Assembly (NCBI RefSeq): GCF_000143415.4
Contig: NW_003314398.1
Coordinates: 278,005-342,004, forward strand
Length of the DNA stretch: 64,000 bases
Direction of reading: 5' to 3'
Origin: Selaginella moellendorffii
Taxonomy: Eukaryota; Plantae; Lycopodiophyta
The number at the start of each line of letters is the position of its first letter. Within the stretch, counting starts at the first letter, position 1. The notes beneath the pieces are model-generated. The model saw only the letters and a list, made by a program, of their open reading frames with translations. It ran no database searches and was not told the origin of the DNA. The translations under genes and the position numbers were made by a program. This document shows positions 1 to 13,284 of this stretch, piece after piece.

Positions 1-200
1 TCGTATTCTTCTTCCCCTTGGATAACCTCAGGTAAAGGTCTCACTTGGTCCTTGCGAAGCAGATCCTCAAAGTACAGCTTGAGTAGATTCACATGGAACA
101 CTGGGTGCATCTTCCCCATCTCTCGAGGAAGTAGGAGACAGTAAACCACTTTACCGATTTGTATCTCAATCTCGTAAGGCCCCATGAACCTGCTTAAGGA
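1..200 (-). pseudogene. Ty3/gypsy integrase C-terminal fragment (GPY/F motif leading into a chromodomain)
   Basis: Minus-strand translation SRFMGPYEIEIQIGKVVYCLLLPREMGKMHPVFHVNLLKLY...IQGEEEYE contains the GPY, HPVFHV-LLK and EY motifs of chromoviral integrases. It runs off the window edge. Confidence 0.85.
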
Positions 201-249
201 ACTCAAGATCAATTCATTATCAGGAATACATGCATTTTACCTTTGGGTC

Positions 250-850
250 AACTTAGAGGCAGACTTGGAGACCAAGTTTGAGACTGAGTTCGAAACCAAG
301 TTCAAGATAGAGTCTGAGATCCGAGATCGGGTCTGAGACCAAGTCCGAGGTTGAGTCTAAAGTCGAGTCTGAGATTGGGTTTAAGATCAAGTCTGAGACC
401 AAGTCCAAGACCGAGTCCGAGTACTAATGCAGGTCAAGGGGTGAAAGCCCAAAGCATGTGTCTCCCAGTGGGGGGGGGGGATAGTGAGGTCTAGAAACTA
501 GTCTTGAAGGAGCTCTCCAATGGTGCTTCTAAATTGACTTGAGGTGAGACTGGGGCCGAGGGGCCTTGGGTGGGAGTGAGCATAGACTTGGGTGGTGCCA
601 AAGGGGACACTCAAGGAAGTGCTCAAGAGAAACTCCCACTCTCGAAAGGGAAACTGACTGTGGTGCTCCTGGCTCATGTGGAGTGGTGCCCCACTTAAGT
701 ACCTTGTAGCTCATTGGTCCTCGCCCTTCCTAAAGGCTTGGGCCTTCCCTTCGGGATGGAAGTGGGGGGGTAAAGGTACCCATACTAAGCCATTAGGCCA
801 TGGTGTTTCGCCCTGGCATCCTGAATGTGTTGCACCCAAGGCTTGGGATT
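250..850 (+). repeat. Decayed LTR-like sequence related to the family-B LTR, in the opposite orientation
   Basis: GAGACC/GAGTCT hexamer-type array followed by GGGTGAAAGCCCAAAGC (439-455), the same order as in the reverse complement of LTR 4410-6206. Confidence 0.45.
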
Positions 851-852
851 TA

Positions 853-988
853 AAGGGTCCCATGATCAAGTCTGCACCTCCTTTTCCAATTGGTTAAGGG
901 TCTTGGGATATTTGGGGTAAAACATCCTTGGGTTTGAATAGTACTGAGCTAGGTGACCTCCCAGGAAGTCTAAATTCAAGAGCTTACA
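853..988 (+). mobile_element. Cassandra-like LTR fragment (3' part)
   Basis: Matches 14333-14469, including the 5S-like TAGTACTGAGCTAGGTGACCTCCCAGGAAGTC, and ends in GAGCTTACA. Confidence 0.8.
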
Positions 989-3900
989 AAAGGGTTTGCA
1001 TTCTAAAAGCATTCCATATTTAGTAAATTTCAAGCTTGTCCCAGAGACTAACTCTTGCTACTAAGGGTGGCTTAAGGTGAAAGCCCAAAGCGTGTGTTCC
1101 TCAAGGGGGGGAGGGGGGGCAGGGGTGGGGGCAGGGGCCCAAGGCCTTGAAACTCGGGTTTCATACCACTATTCTATGGACACATGCCACATGAAGGGTT
1201 TAGGTTTTGCTTCGTAGTGTTATCCTATGGTAAATCACCATAGGATAAATGGTAAAAACCACATGTGCTACATTTGGTATCAAAGGATGAGTTTCAGCGA
1301 GTACTATGCAATGAGATTGGGCAACTAGTCTTGTTGCATATGCAGAGATGAAAACGATGGTCCGAGTGGGTACATGTCTGGTGCAAAGGCTTCACATTCG
1401 TTCCTTGGGTATGGATTTGGTTACCTTTTTGTACCGTAATAATATGAGCTTGCTCTTAGGCTTATAAGAGGGATTGAGTTGTACCATTTTTCCACGAGTT
1501 TTCGCTTGGGCTCGTGAGTGAGGCACATTAGCAACTCAAGGTTACACTTTGAGTTGGCAGGATTAATGTTAGCCTATCAGTTGTTCCATAAGTTGTTCCA
1601 ATGGTTCCATGAGTTGTTCCATGTACCATGGGTGAAAGTAAACCTTCCTTGGGTTTGCTATGAGCGGCAAATAGGCTAGTCAGTAGTTGTTTAGCACAAC
1701 ATTAGTGGATCCTTCATATCCATATTTACAAGTGGATCAATCAAGACTATAGTGATTTGTCTATTAGTTCAAGTAGTCATTGCCGTGTTCTCTTATAAAT
1801 TTTTCTTGGATTGGACTGAAGGTAGTGCGAATGCAAGCTTGAGGTTTAGTCAAAGATGAGACTGAAAAGAGAGTCATTAGGGATGAAAAATCAAACACGT
1901 AAATCATTTTCTCTTCTTGGAGAGATGATTTGCAACGAGGTGTTGACTCATTGCTTGTGTTCACGTTATATAATCAAGAGTCCTTACCTTGATGCATGTT
2001 AGAAATGATGGTCTTACATATGGCAAGTTGTGGGATTGATAGCGGTGAGGAGCTAAACCATTTTGTCTGAGCTTGTTATTGAAGACTTGGATTGCAATGC
2101 TCAATTCTTTTTCAGGGAACTTTGCTATTGCTCCTTGAGTAGCTTGGTTTTGCATTAGTGTTGAGTTTTGTCAGAAAGAGAGTGGCATGAACTTGTCCGT
2201 GCTGTGAACAAAAGTTAATGGTATTGGGTGTTGTAAATTTTTATCAGTGAAGTGTGGTATTTATGTTGCATTGTATTGAATCAAGTTGACACTTGATACT
2301 CACATAAACCTATGAAGTAATGACATTGGCATTGCTTGTGGTTGATGATCAAGACATTGTGATTTTTTATATCATATCCATGTGATAATGAGTAATGTGT
2401 TTATAAAGTTGCTTGGTTAGACAATAATCAACCCTAAAGTGATTGATAGTGAAGCTAGTCTACTTGCACGAAGTAACATTGTAGTAGTTTTGACTGAATT
2501 CTCAATGGTGGTCTATTATACTAAGTTTAAGTTGGTACCTTGTTTCCTTGAGTTTGCGTATAAGATGTTGGAAAGGGTTATACCATTCACTTGCTATAGT
2601 TTGTTAGTTTATCGGTTAACACTTGGAGTAAATTGTTAGATGGAGAAGATGTGTAGTTGAGGCATTGACATCACGAGCACTTGTGTTAGTGAATGTGGCA
2701 TTGTTATTTCGAGTGATAAAGAATTTTCTTTAAAGCTTGATTTTCCATGTTATTTTTCTTGTTAGTGTTTTGGCTTCACATTAGATCTTGAAGGTGATTG
2801 AAGAAGAGTGTTAGTGTAATATGGATATCCGAAGATATGGTCTTCGTGATCAAGCCTTGGATGTTCATTTTGCATTTTATGAATGTTGATATTGGATATT
2901 AGAAAAATGTGGGAAAAGATGTTCGAGGCTTAAGTATACTATGGGTTATGAGAATTGGTGTTGAGGTGAATCTATGTGAAATGTAGGTAGGAGGAAGTTA
3001 GTTGAGTCTTAAAAGTTTGCATTCTTGGATTGAGAATCATTCTTTCTCTAGAATAGAAATTTTTTCACAAATTTTCTTAGACTTATCCAATGGCTGATCT
3101 ATTGATCATTTTATCTGAAAACCATTCCATTTTTGTAAGCCAATACAAACTAGTGAAGGGGTTAGAGTTGACTTTGGTTAACCTAAACCTTAGTAGGTAG
3201 TTTGTATAATGCGGCCCAAAAGGGATGTTAACTTTTGGAAGGCAATTGAGTTGGATAGAGTCTGGAGTTGATGTAGAAAAATGGTTGTTGTGTTTTTCTA
3301 AGAAGGGTGACCCTTGCGCCTTTCTTCTATAACATTCTGCTTGGTGGCAAGTTGCACCTTGCATTTTGTTAAACTCTATGAGAGTAATGAGCTCTCATTG
3401 ATTTTGATTTGGTCTTAGTAGCTTTGTGTCTTGGCTGAGGATGGTGATATCCAACTTAGTTGTTTAAAGTTAAGATGTTGGTACCCATACTATAGCTTTG
3501 TCTAAGTGGAGGTTGCGTATCGATATGAATCCATCTCATGGTCTTCACTTTAATTTCAACTAAGTGTTAATCATGTATAGTTAGCTTCTTCAAAGGCATG
3601 CTCAAAGCTAGTGGCTAAATGCATTAGTGAGCTTATTGCGGTTGAGTTGGATTCGAGTAGTCATTCAGTTTATGCTTGTCCATGAACTTTTATCTCATAT
3701 CTGGGGTATTACGTTCATGTTGGCCAAGTATATGACTTGATGACATGAATTTAATGTTTAGGTCTTGTGAAGGCAAGTTGAAAGGTGATTGTTAGTTGTT
3801 TTGCAACTAGTGATTACTTGTAGATTTTGTCGAAGACTTTTAACACTTGCTCCATTCGATCAGTGATTGGTTTATTTTACCAGATGGTGTTGTGGAGGAT

Positions 3901-5406
3901 CATGTCGTTAGACTTACATGGGTTTTCCATGTTGGCATGTCGACTCTACTTTTGTCAATATGATTTGATTGCGTTTAGTCTATACTATTAGATTTCATTA
4001 AGTCTTGGATGTGGTGAATCACTCCTTGATGATGTGTTATCTATTTCCGAGTATTGTTGAAAGATTAGTCTCAAATGCTGTTTAAAGCATCTTCGACTTT
4101 GGTTAGCTTAGTTGCTAGGGAGTTTTGAGTGATGATTCACTTATGCTTTCTTCCAGCTTTATTATGGTGTTGATGGCATTGAAGTGATGTTTTGTCATTG
4201 ACATTATTGATATTGAGATTTGGGTGAAATGAAATGTCTTTCCAAAAGATTGATGTTGAGTTTCTATAGTCTTGATGAAGATACTGTTGATGATTTGGCT
4301 ATGACTTTATGTTATTGGCATTTGTGCATTTGCTAGTTAGCAACTACGTCAACGTTCAAACGAGCGGAGTGGCAAGTTTGAGTTAGTTGTGTTCTATTTA
4401 GTAGGGGTTTGTAAACGACTAAATTTTTCCATTCTACTTTAGTTACTTAACCACACCTCTAACCACTTGGAAGAGTCTCACTATCAACCTTCATAAGTCC
4501 TATTTTGAACTTGGGCTTGCTAGCCCCAAAAATGGCATCCCTGCCACTCAATCTTTGCACTTGGTCCAAGTGCTCCATGTGTTCGATCCCAAGACCGACA
4601 CCCAAAGGTACCACTGACATATTGGCCCGTTACGCTAAGGCTATGCCTATTCACCTTTGCCGCACTGGTGGTCCAATACCACTTGCATCACAATCCCGTC
4701 TCTCCAAGACTGGGCTGTCCGTCCACGAGTGGTCATCCCAGATCCACTCCTTAGCATCCTTAGGATGCCCACAGACATGGGGAATAGCCTTCCCCAACAT
4801 CCTTTTGTCAGTTCTTGCCAAGTCCCTTTTCCGTCCATGGCCATATTCACCAACACTGCCACTAGATCAAGGCCCGCAGGCCTGGCCACTAAGTCCCATT
4901 GTCCTCTGGGACTTCCTCACCATGTGACTCTATCCGTAGTCACTACACTAGAGGATTGCTCTTCCTCCTTCCCCCCATTTGGGACTTTGGGACAACACTT
5001 CGGAACACCGTGGCCCTACGCGAGCCCCGTGGGTACTCTCCCCACCTTCCGCCTTTAGGTGCTCTAGCCATGGGCTTAGAGCAAGGTTCCGTTGAGCCAC
5101 ACCAAGTATCCAAGTAGGTAGTGCCACCCACACTTGGACTGAGAGCATCGGCCAGTCGATCTTCCGGGGGAACTAGAGCCGGCTCTTGAACACTTCACCA
5201 AGCTACCCCGCTTGTCGGTCCGTATTCACTCTAGTCTTGGACTTCCCAGTGGTCAATTCATCACCCAACACTGGGTCTGGCCTTCCTAGGCCAAACTGGC
5301 CTTTCCTAGCCAAACTGGCTCCACTGCAGTCCTCCCCCTCACTATACTTTTGGAGCTCACCAAACCCCCCAGGGTCTGGGAGACGAACGCTTTGGGCTTT
5401 CACCCT

Positions 5407-5577
5407 CTCAGACTCGAACTCGGACTCGAACTCGGACTCGGGCTCGGGCTCGAACTCAGACTCAGGCTCAGACTCAGACTCGGACTCGAACTCAGACTCA
5501 GGCTCGGGCTCGGTCTCGGCCTTGGCCTCGGTCTCGGTCTCGGTCCTGGTCTTGGTCTCAGTCTCGGTCCCGGTCTT

Positions 5578-5608
<31 letters not shown>

Positions 5609-5980
5609 ATCCCGGTCCTGGTCTTGGTCTCGGTCTTGGTCTCGGTCTCGGTCTCGGTCTCGGTCCCAGTCTCAGTCCCGGTCTCGGTCTCGACCTTGGA
5701 CTCCATCTCGGGTCCTTCTCGGACTCCATCTCGGATTCCATCTTGGGTCCATCTCGGACTCCATCTCGGACTCCGTCTCAGTCCATCTCGGACTCCATCT
5801 CGGACTCCATCTCGGGTCCATCTCGGACTCCATCTCGGACTCCACCTCGGACTCCAACTCGGGTCCATCTCAGACTCCATCTCGAACTCCACCTCGGACT
5901 CCAACTTGGGTCCATCTCGGACTCCATCTCAGACTCCACCTCGGACTTCAACTCGGGTCCATCTCGGACTCCATCTCAGA
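5407..5980. repeat. CTCGGA/CTCGGT hexamer and CTCGGACTCCAT 12-mer tandem array inside the family-B 3' LTR
   Basis: Read directly; a shorter version sits in the other LTR at about 11905-12278. Confidence 0.95.
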
Positions 5981-8182
5981 CACTTCCACGTGTCATGTGT
6001 TGGTCCTTTTGGGTCCCTTTTTGGAGCCTCACTTATTGCTCGCTTCATGCTCGTTCCTTGAGCACTCCATTGGGAGTTCCACTCCCGCTCTCAACCTTTC
6101 AAGTCGGAGCATTTTAGTCCAAACATATTACGCTCGTTTGGCTTTTGCTTCGGCCATGTGGCACCCTTTCGGCTCCACTTTGGGGCTTAGGGATTTGTGT
6201 CTCACAACTCCACCACCCATAGACAAAGTTTGATGTCCTCATCGAACAGTAAACCCTTTTATAAAGTAACATCCGCAGGTATTACCATTTCCATCCTTGG
6301 CACATATTTGTCTATGGTTTGACCTCGAAAGCTCACCATGCCTTGTCCATCCTTTAAGGGGCATAGTCTCTCTAACATAGAGACTCATTTGGCCACCTAG
6401 GGTGGTTTACTCTTTTTTATTGGTTCAGTTCTTGCTAAACCCGTTAGAGACACCTTCTCTAACTCAATTCCACTACTCATTCTCGAGTAATCCCAACTTC
6501 TATTGACATAACTAATTCACCTTGGAACTTTTAATTTTGACTTCTCGAAGTCAATTTCTTTGGTGTCTTTGACACTTTTCACTACACATATTGTGCAACT
6601 TCACTTCCCATCCTAAGAAGCTCCCCACTTGAGGGCGCCATCGCCCTCGTTTCTATTTTATGCCACTTTTGGCACCAAGTTCCAGCCATCGTAAGTTGTG
6701 CTAGAGCTATCCACGGCCCTATCCTTTGGCTACTTCGCCACTCCCTCCCTTGGAGCTTTCACCTTTGCCAATTTAGAGCATTTGGGAATCCATCCTTGGA
6801 AGCACACTTCCTTTCTCACAATCCGTTAGCATCTAACACATTAGTGTTCCATACCTAACTTTGCCATTTGGATTCCTTCCAATGAATTCCATGGCCCACA
6901 CTTGGCCATTAGTCTTTTGTTTTTATCCATTGATTGTTGCACTGAGCAACATAGGATCACTACCTCCATTCTCGAGGTATCCTTTTGGTTCCATGGCAAA
7001 TGCTCTACTTTGCTAAGTCCAGCGGGTGCTCACCCGTAGTAGGTCTCTTTAGCAATTTCTGCTACGGGCTTCGTTCACAGCCCAACTTTGCGACCCTTTC
7101 ATGGGTCTCTCCCCGAGACTACTTTCTTGGACTTACTATACCATCGTATTGGCACAATTGATTTTCCTTTAGGTGTCCTTCTCACTTGGTCACCTCGACC
7201 AAGTCACACCATTATCAATAGTTCAAATCAACACTTTGAACTAGGAATCATATTCCTTAACCCAAACAAAGACCTTGTCTTTGTTTAGCCACAAAATCAC
7301 CTGGTGATCTCATCTTGACCCCTTAACAGGTCTACCAATAGGAACTAGGTCTTCTAGACCCTTTTAAATTGTTGACTATGACCCCGGGGGCATCCCCCAC
7401 ACTTGGCAGTGCGCCCAAGCTAGCCCTTCTAGCCAAGGATCCATAGCAACTGAGACTGGGTGTCCCCATCTCATTCACCACATCCTTGGTGCCTTTTACA
7501 CCAAAGTGTTCAAGTTAGATATGCTGAGCTTTCACTCTAAGCAATCTAATCGTGCATCATGACTCCGAGGCATCCCTCTCTTGGCGGTGTGCCCAAACCA
7601 GTCTCCTCACTGAGAGTCCATGACCACCGAAATATGAGTGTCCTCATATTCCAAACCATCACCACGCCCTAGTGATTTAGGACTCGAACCCAAGCACTAG
7701 AGGGTCGGGACTCGAACCCAACTTCCATATATGCATCTACGGATGGCATCACACAGGATGCTTGGCATGACTCCCCACGCTGGTGCACCAATATGTACTT
7801 AAAGCATGCTATAGATTACCACTTAGGAACCTAGTTCCTCCGCACTGCCAAGTCTTCTCACTTGACAAGTCTGTGATCATGCATGGCATGGGCCACCCCT
7901 TTAAAGTGGGGTATTCGTTCCCCTAACTTGCCAATCTCACTTAGCAAGTCATCCGACCACTGTAACATGGTTCATGCAGAAGCGTGAAAGTCCTTAACCA
8001 TTGACTTTCGTTCAAAGCCCTCTCTTTGAACACTCGGGAACTACTTCCTTAACCTTGATAGCCTCGCCTTTTGGCAAGCTTCAAGACCACGCTTCTATTG
8101 CGCCACTCTGATTTTGCGCGCTCTATAAACCATTTACACTTGGATGTCTAGGTACTTATCTACCTAAGGGAACGTTCAAGGA

Positions 8183-8856
8183 TGTAGCACATGTGATCAT
8201 GGGATGAGATTTGGATATACTGTCACTGTGGATCCTTAGAACCTTGGGGGATAAATGGGGATAAAATAGCCACTAAGGGCTCTCTCATCAAGCAATTGCC
8301 CCTTTTCTCGTTGGCTTAAAGGGAGAGAGATAAGGTGTGCTACAGTTGGTATCAGAGCAAATGGCACGGGTTCGATTCCCACTAATTAGTGGCTACTTAA
8401 AAATATAATATACCCTTGAGCAAGGTATATTCTTACCCCTAAATTTGAAATCGTACGTATTGGGCATCCATGTGTACGTCCTTCCTCTTGTGTGGAGTAT
8501 CCACGGACGAAGGTATCCACTGTGGGACTGCAGTACGGGTGGATGACTAGTTGCCTCATATGGAATAGCTGGTCTACACAATGGAAGGATTGGTAGATTT
8601 AGTGCGGAAATGGAGGTGTTGGTTCCCCTTGGCTCAGTAGGGGTTGTTAGTCAATAGTCAATGAGGACATTGACATCTTTGAAGGGGGGGTGAGTGTAGC
8701 GCATGTGATTATGGGATGAGATTTGGATATATTGTCACCGTGGATCCTTGGAACCTTGGGGGATAAATGGGGATAAAATAGCCACTAAGGGCTTTCTCAT
8801 CAAGCAATTGCCCTTTTTCCAGTTGACTTAAGGGGAGAGAGATAAGGTGCGTTACA
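8183..8856 (+). mobile_element. TRIM (674 bp, family T2) nested in element B
   Basis: 162-bp LTRs at 8183-8344 and 8695-8856 (TGTAGC...TACA); PBS TGGTATCAGAGC 8347-8358; PPT GAAGGGGGGGTGAG; TSD AAGGA on both sides. Confidence 0.95.
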
Positions 8857-11800
8857 AAGGAACTCTATTCCTTAGCTTGCTAAGGTCTCTCTATTCGCAA
8901 GCTTTCCAATTACCATATACTTTAACATGGACAATCCCATGCTTTAGACCCTCCATGGCATCCTGGTTGCTAATAACAACATGTTTGAGCACCCACTTTA
9001 TTCTCCACTCTCAACTTCCATAACCACCCTTGGTCATGCCTGTCAATTCTTATGGTTCGGTTCTATCCCTTTACTACTTGCCTTTTGGCCTCATACATTT
9101 CCTTCAGTTATTCTCCTCCAGACTAGGAAGATAGCTTTGCACTTTCTACCATGCCTTGACAAGTATTCACAGAGATGAACTTACCTGACAGCCTAGAGAG
9201 TGGTTCCTCAATCTGGGTTTGCTCACCTTGTAATCCCACACACTGGGATTACCGTTACTACTTATGGGCCTCCATATGCCCATCACAAGCCTTTGCCAAA
9301 ATCCCATTTTTGGCTTTGTCCAAATCAGGTAGATGGATTCCTCCCGTCTCCACAACCTTGGATATTTGGATGGCATCTCCTATCCATCATTCGCTAGGGA
9401 CTTAGTCCCTTGGGCTTTATCTAATGCCCTCGCGACACTAAACACCACTTCTTGGTGTTTTAGAGTGTTTGGGTGTCTCAATGATGGCCTCTTTGACAAT
9501 GAGTATTTCCTTTTTTGACATTGACTTACTATATCGCAACATAAGCAACTTATCCCCAATAAGGGTATATTTAACTTCTTTATGCCATTAAGAAGTCTTG
9601 GGTAGCTACCTTCTACCTATTTAACCAATTGCCTACACCTCTTGCTTAGTTGCCCCATAGTTGTCAAGTTCTACAACTCATTGCTTGGTGCTTCCACACC
9701 TTCATCATTATCTAAGTCACCACACTCCAACCACATGCGATTCAACTTAGGCTATGCCATTCCTTTGGCAAGGGGTTCTCCAACATAACCTTAAGGTATC
9801 TCACTTGGCACATTTGGTGTCTCCACACCAACAGCTCCACGAGCCTACCTCTATAACACTTCTTCCTTGTGTCTAGGTCTTTGCCAAGACCAATATGGTT
9901 GTCTCTTATGCCAAGAGGTCTTTGCCAAGACCAATATGGTTATCTCTTATTATCAGTTAGCACTGCACCATTGTATTCACACACAACTCTATGCCAAAGT
10001 TGTTTTCTCTTTGGGGAACACCTTTTCCACGACTTTAGCATGGCACATTCTGCCATCGATGAGATACCCTCTATTCTCATCCTTGGATTCTTTGATCCCC
10101 CCCCATCCTTCGTGGGGTATAATACACCTCGGTCCAAATGCTTCCATCAATCTTTTATGATTATTCCTTGACTCTATTTGAGTCATTCAGCTTTTTGGAC
10201 TTTGCCATCTGACGACCCATGAGGTCTTACCTTTGAGGTGCCAGCTCACTGGAGTACAACTTCTTGTATTTAGGTCCTACTCACAAGGACCATCTTTGCA
10301 AGTGTTACTCCGACACTTGATTTGTTTTCTGGGGGCAACCTTTTGCCCCTTAGGACCACTTGTCCATGTGATGAGAATACCAACTCATCCTCTGAGCACA
10401 CCCCCAACTCCTTGGGTTGTTCCAGCATTTATTAGAGGTAGCTCCAGCTACCATTTCAAGGACTTATGTCCTTTTCTGTATTTGACCTCCCGTGGTCATT
10501 ACTTTTGGTCTCACATTCATGAGCACCAACCTCAACTATATGAGGATAATCTTGTGACTCCTTTATTGCTTTGGAGTCTCTATCTTTCCTGTAATCCCAA
10601 CCATAGTTGTTTACCACAACCACATTAGCCAATTGGCTACGTCAAACACTCATTTGGATCACATCCTCAACTCTCTGAGGAAACGTTTATACTATTCCCA
10701 AGATCCCAAAGTCGTTCCCTTACTGGCCCTTTTCCATCCACCACATCATGCACAAGTTCACGTATGAACTTGAGTAGAGAGCCATGTCCTCACGACATGC
10801 TATTCCTCGAGCATAGGTCCATATCTAGGACCTTCCAATTCCAATACAAGTGATGATATACTTGGCCATCAGTAAGAGTCGGACTAAGGAACAACTCCGA
10901 TACCAAGTTGTAAGCGATTAAATTTTTCCATTCTACTTTAGTCACTTAACCACACCTCCGACCACTTAGAAGAGTCTCACTCACAACCTCTATAAGTCTT
11001 ATTTTGGACTTGGGCTTGCTAGCCCTGAGAATGGCATCCCTGCCACTCAATCTTTGCATTTGGTCCAAGTGCTCCACGTGTTCGATCCCAAGACCAACAC
11101 CCAAAGGTACCATTGACATATTGGCCCGTTACGCTAAGGCTATGCCCATTCACCTTTGCCGCACTGGTGGTCCAATACCACTTGCATCACAATCCCGTCT
11201 CTCCAAGATTGGGCTGTCCGTCCACGAGTGGTCATCCCAGATCCATTCCTTAGCATCCTTAGGATGCCCATAGACATAGGGAATAACCTTCCCTAACATC
11301 CCTTTGTCAGTTCCTACCAAGTCCCTTTTCCGTCCATGGCCATATTCACCAACACTGCCACTAGATCAAGGCCCGCAGGCCCGGCCACTAAGTCCCATTG
11401 TCCTCTGGGACTTCTTCACCATGTGACCGTATCCAAGTCACTACACTAGAGGACTGCTCCTCCTCCTTCCCCCCATTTGGGACTTCGGGACAACACTTCA
11501 GAACACCGTGGCCCTACGCGAGCCCCGTGGGTACTCTCCCCACCTTCCGCCTTTAGGTGCTCTAGCCATGGGCTTAGAGCAAGGTTCCGTTGAGCCACAC
11601 CAAGTATCTAAGTAGGTAGTGCCACCCACACTTGGACTGGGAGCATCGGCCAGTCGATCTTCCGGGGGAACTAGAGCCGGCTCTTGAACACTTCACCAAG
11701 CTACCCCGCTTGTCGGTCCGTATTCACTCTAGTCTTGGACTTCCCAGTGGTCAGTTCATCACCCAACACCGGGTCTGGCGTTCCTGGGCCAAACTGGCCT

Positions 11801-11904
11801 TTCCTAGCCAAACTGGCTCCACTACAGTCCTCCCCCTCACTATACTTTTGGAGCTCACCAAACCCCTCAGGGTCTGGGAGACGAACGCTTTGGGCTTTCA
11901 CCCT

Positions 11905-12278
11905 CTCAGACTCGAACTCAGACTCGGACTGGGACTCAAACTCGGACTCAGACTCGGACTCGGACTCGGACTTGGACTCGGGCTCAGGCTCGGGCTCGGT
12001 CTCGGCCTTGGCCTCGGTCTCGATCTCGGTCTGGGTCTGGGTCTGGGTCTGGGTCCCGGTCTCGGTCTCGGTCTCGGTCTTGGTCTCGATCCCGGTCTCA
12101 GTCCCGGTCTCGGTCTTGACCTCAGACTCCATCTCGGGTCCATCTCAGACTCCATCTCGGACTCCACCTCGGACTCCAACTCAGGTCCATCTCGGACTCC
12201 ACCTCGGACTCCAACTCGAATCCATCTCGGACTCCACCTCGGACTCCAACTCGGGTCCATCTCGGACTCCATCTCGGA
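11905..12278. repeat. Shorter hexamer/12-mer array inside the family-B 5' LTR
   Basis: Same repeat units as 5407-5980, with fewer copies. Confidence 0.95.
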
Positions 12279-13284
12279 CACTTCCACGTGTCATGTGTTG
12301 GTCCTTTTGGGTCCCTTTTTGGAGCCTCACTTATTGCTCACTTCATGCTCGTTCTTTGCATGTGGCACCCTTTCAGCTCCACTTTGGGGCTTAGGGATTT
12401 GTATCTCACAGGGTTGAGCTTTAGCTTTTCCTTGAAAAGTGATTTAGTCATGGACAACGTTAACTTTATGAGATGAAGAGTTAGTGATTGATATTGGAGA
12501 TGTTTGAATCTTTATTAGATTTGAATTAGAATATGCCAATCATTGATGATTTTTCTTATGCTTGTTATTTAGTGAGTTACGTCTTGCTGTAGATGGATTT
12601 ATGGAGGATCGTTTAGTGATCATTTGTTGAGCATAGCTCCATTGTGCATAACTTTTGGATTGATGCAGATGTGCTCTTCATTAGCTTTGCATTATGTTGT
12701 TTAGCTTATGGATATGTTGAGGAGGATATTGTGGGTTATATTATGATTTCTTCTTCAGCATTGAAGTTAGTTCATGCAAAACTTGTGAACATTATTAGGC
12801 TAGACTTAACTATAAGCTTCTTCAAGTTTTTGGGTCTTTGAGTTTTCATGCTCATTGTTCCATTAGAAATTGTTGGGGAAAGCATTTTGACTCATTAACT
12901 TCAATGTTGAAGTTGGCTTTTGCATTTAGCAATCATTAGTGATGATTGGCTATCATCTAGGATAATTGAATATCCTTGTTAAGGGTTTTTGCTTGATTAT
13001 TGTTGGTATAGATTGATTTACCGTTCTTTGGGATAGTAGATTCTTTCTTCGACAATGATTATGCATTTCTTCATTGATGGGATGATTGATGATCTTCATG
13101 ATAGTTAGTTATTCTCTTTGATAACTTATGGCTTTTTGCATTACCACATGTTCTTTGTGGTTTGTTCTGGATTGGTCTATTGGGTTTGAGACATCAGTAA
13201 GATGTTGCTGACACTTGCTTAAGCAACTTGAGTTCCTTTGTATTGTTAATCGGGATCTATTCAGATTAGCTAGTGCGATGATTG

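Larger units (their letters stand above)
4410..12410 (-). mobile_element. Family-B LTR retrotransposon, structurally complete but decayed, probably Ty3/gypsy
   Basis: LTRs 4410-6206 and 10909-12410 (TG...CA); TSD GGGTT at 4405-4409 and 12411-12415; PBS TGGTATCGGAGT (minus, 10894-10905); PPT ATGGGTGGTGGAGT next to 6206. The empty site is visible in paralogous family-A copies near 19420 and 38580. Only integrase-like relics such as HPSVNGL*SAQNQ near 8110-8145 remain. Confidence 0.9.

Noticed and set aside
5407-5980. Possible CRISPR-like array
   Set aside because: Simple tandem repeat with no unique spacers, in a eukaryotic context.
5186-6117. Long ORFs on both strands (ETETET, SVSVSV, LGLGLG, RPRPRP), repeated at 11632-12417
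   Set aside because: Artefacts of stop-free hexamer arrays inside LTRs.
8368-8380. tRNA gene
   Set aside because: Only a T-loop/B-box motif; no cloverleaf can be built.
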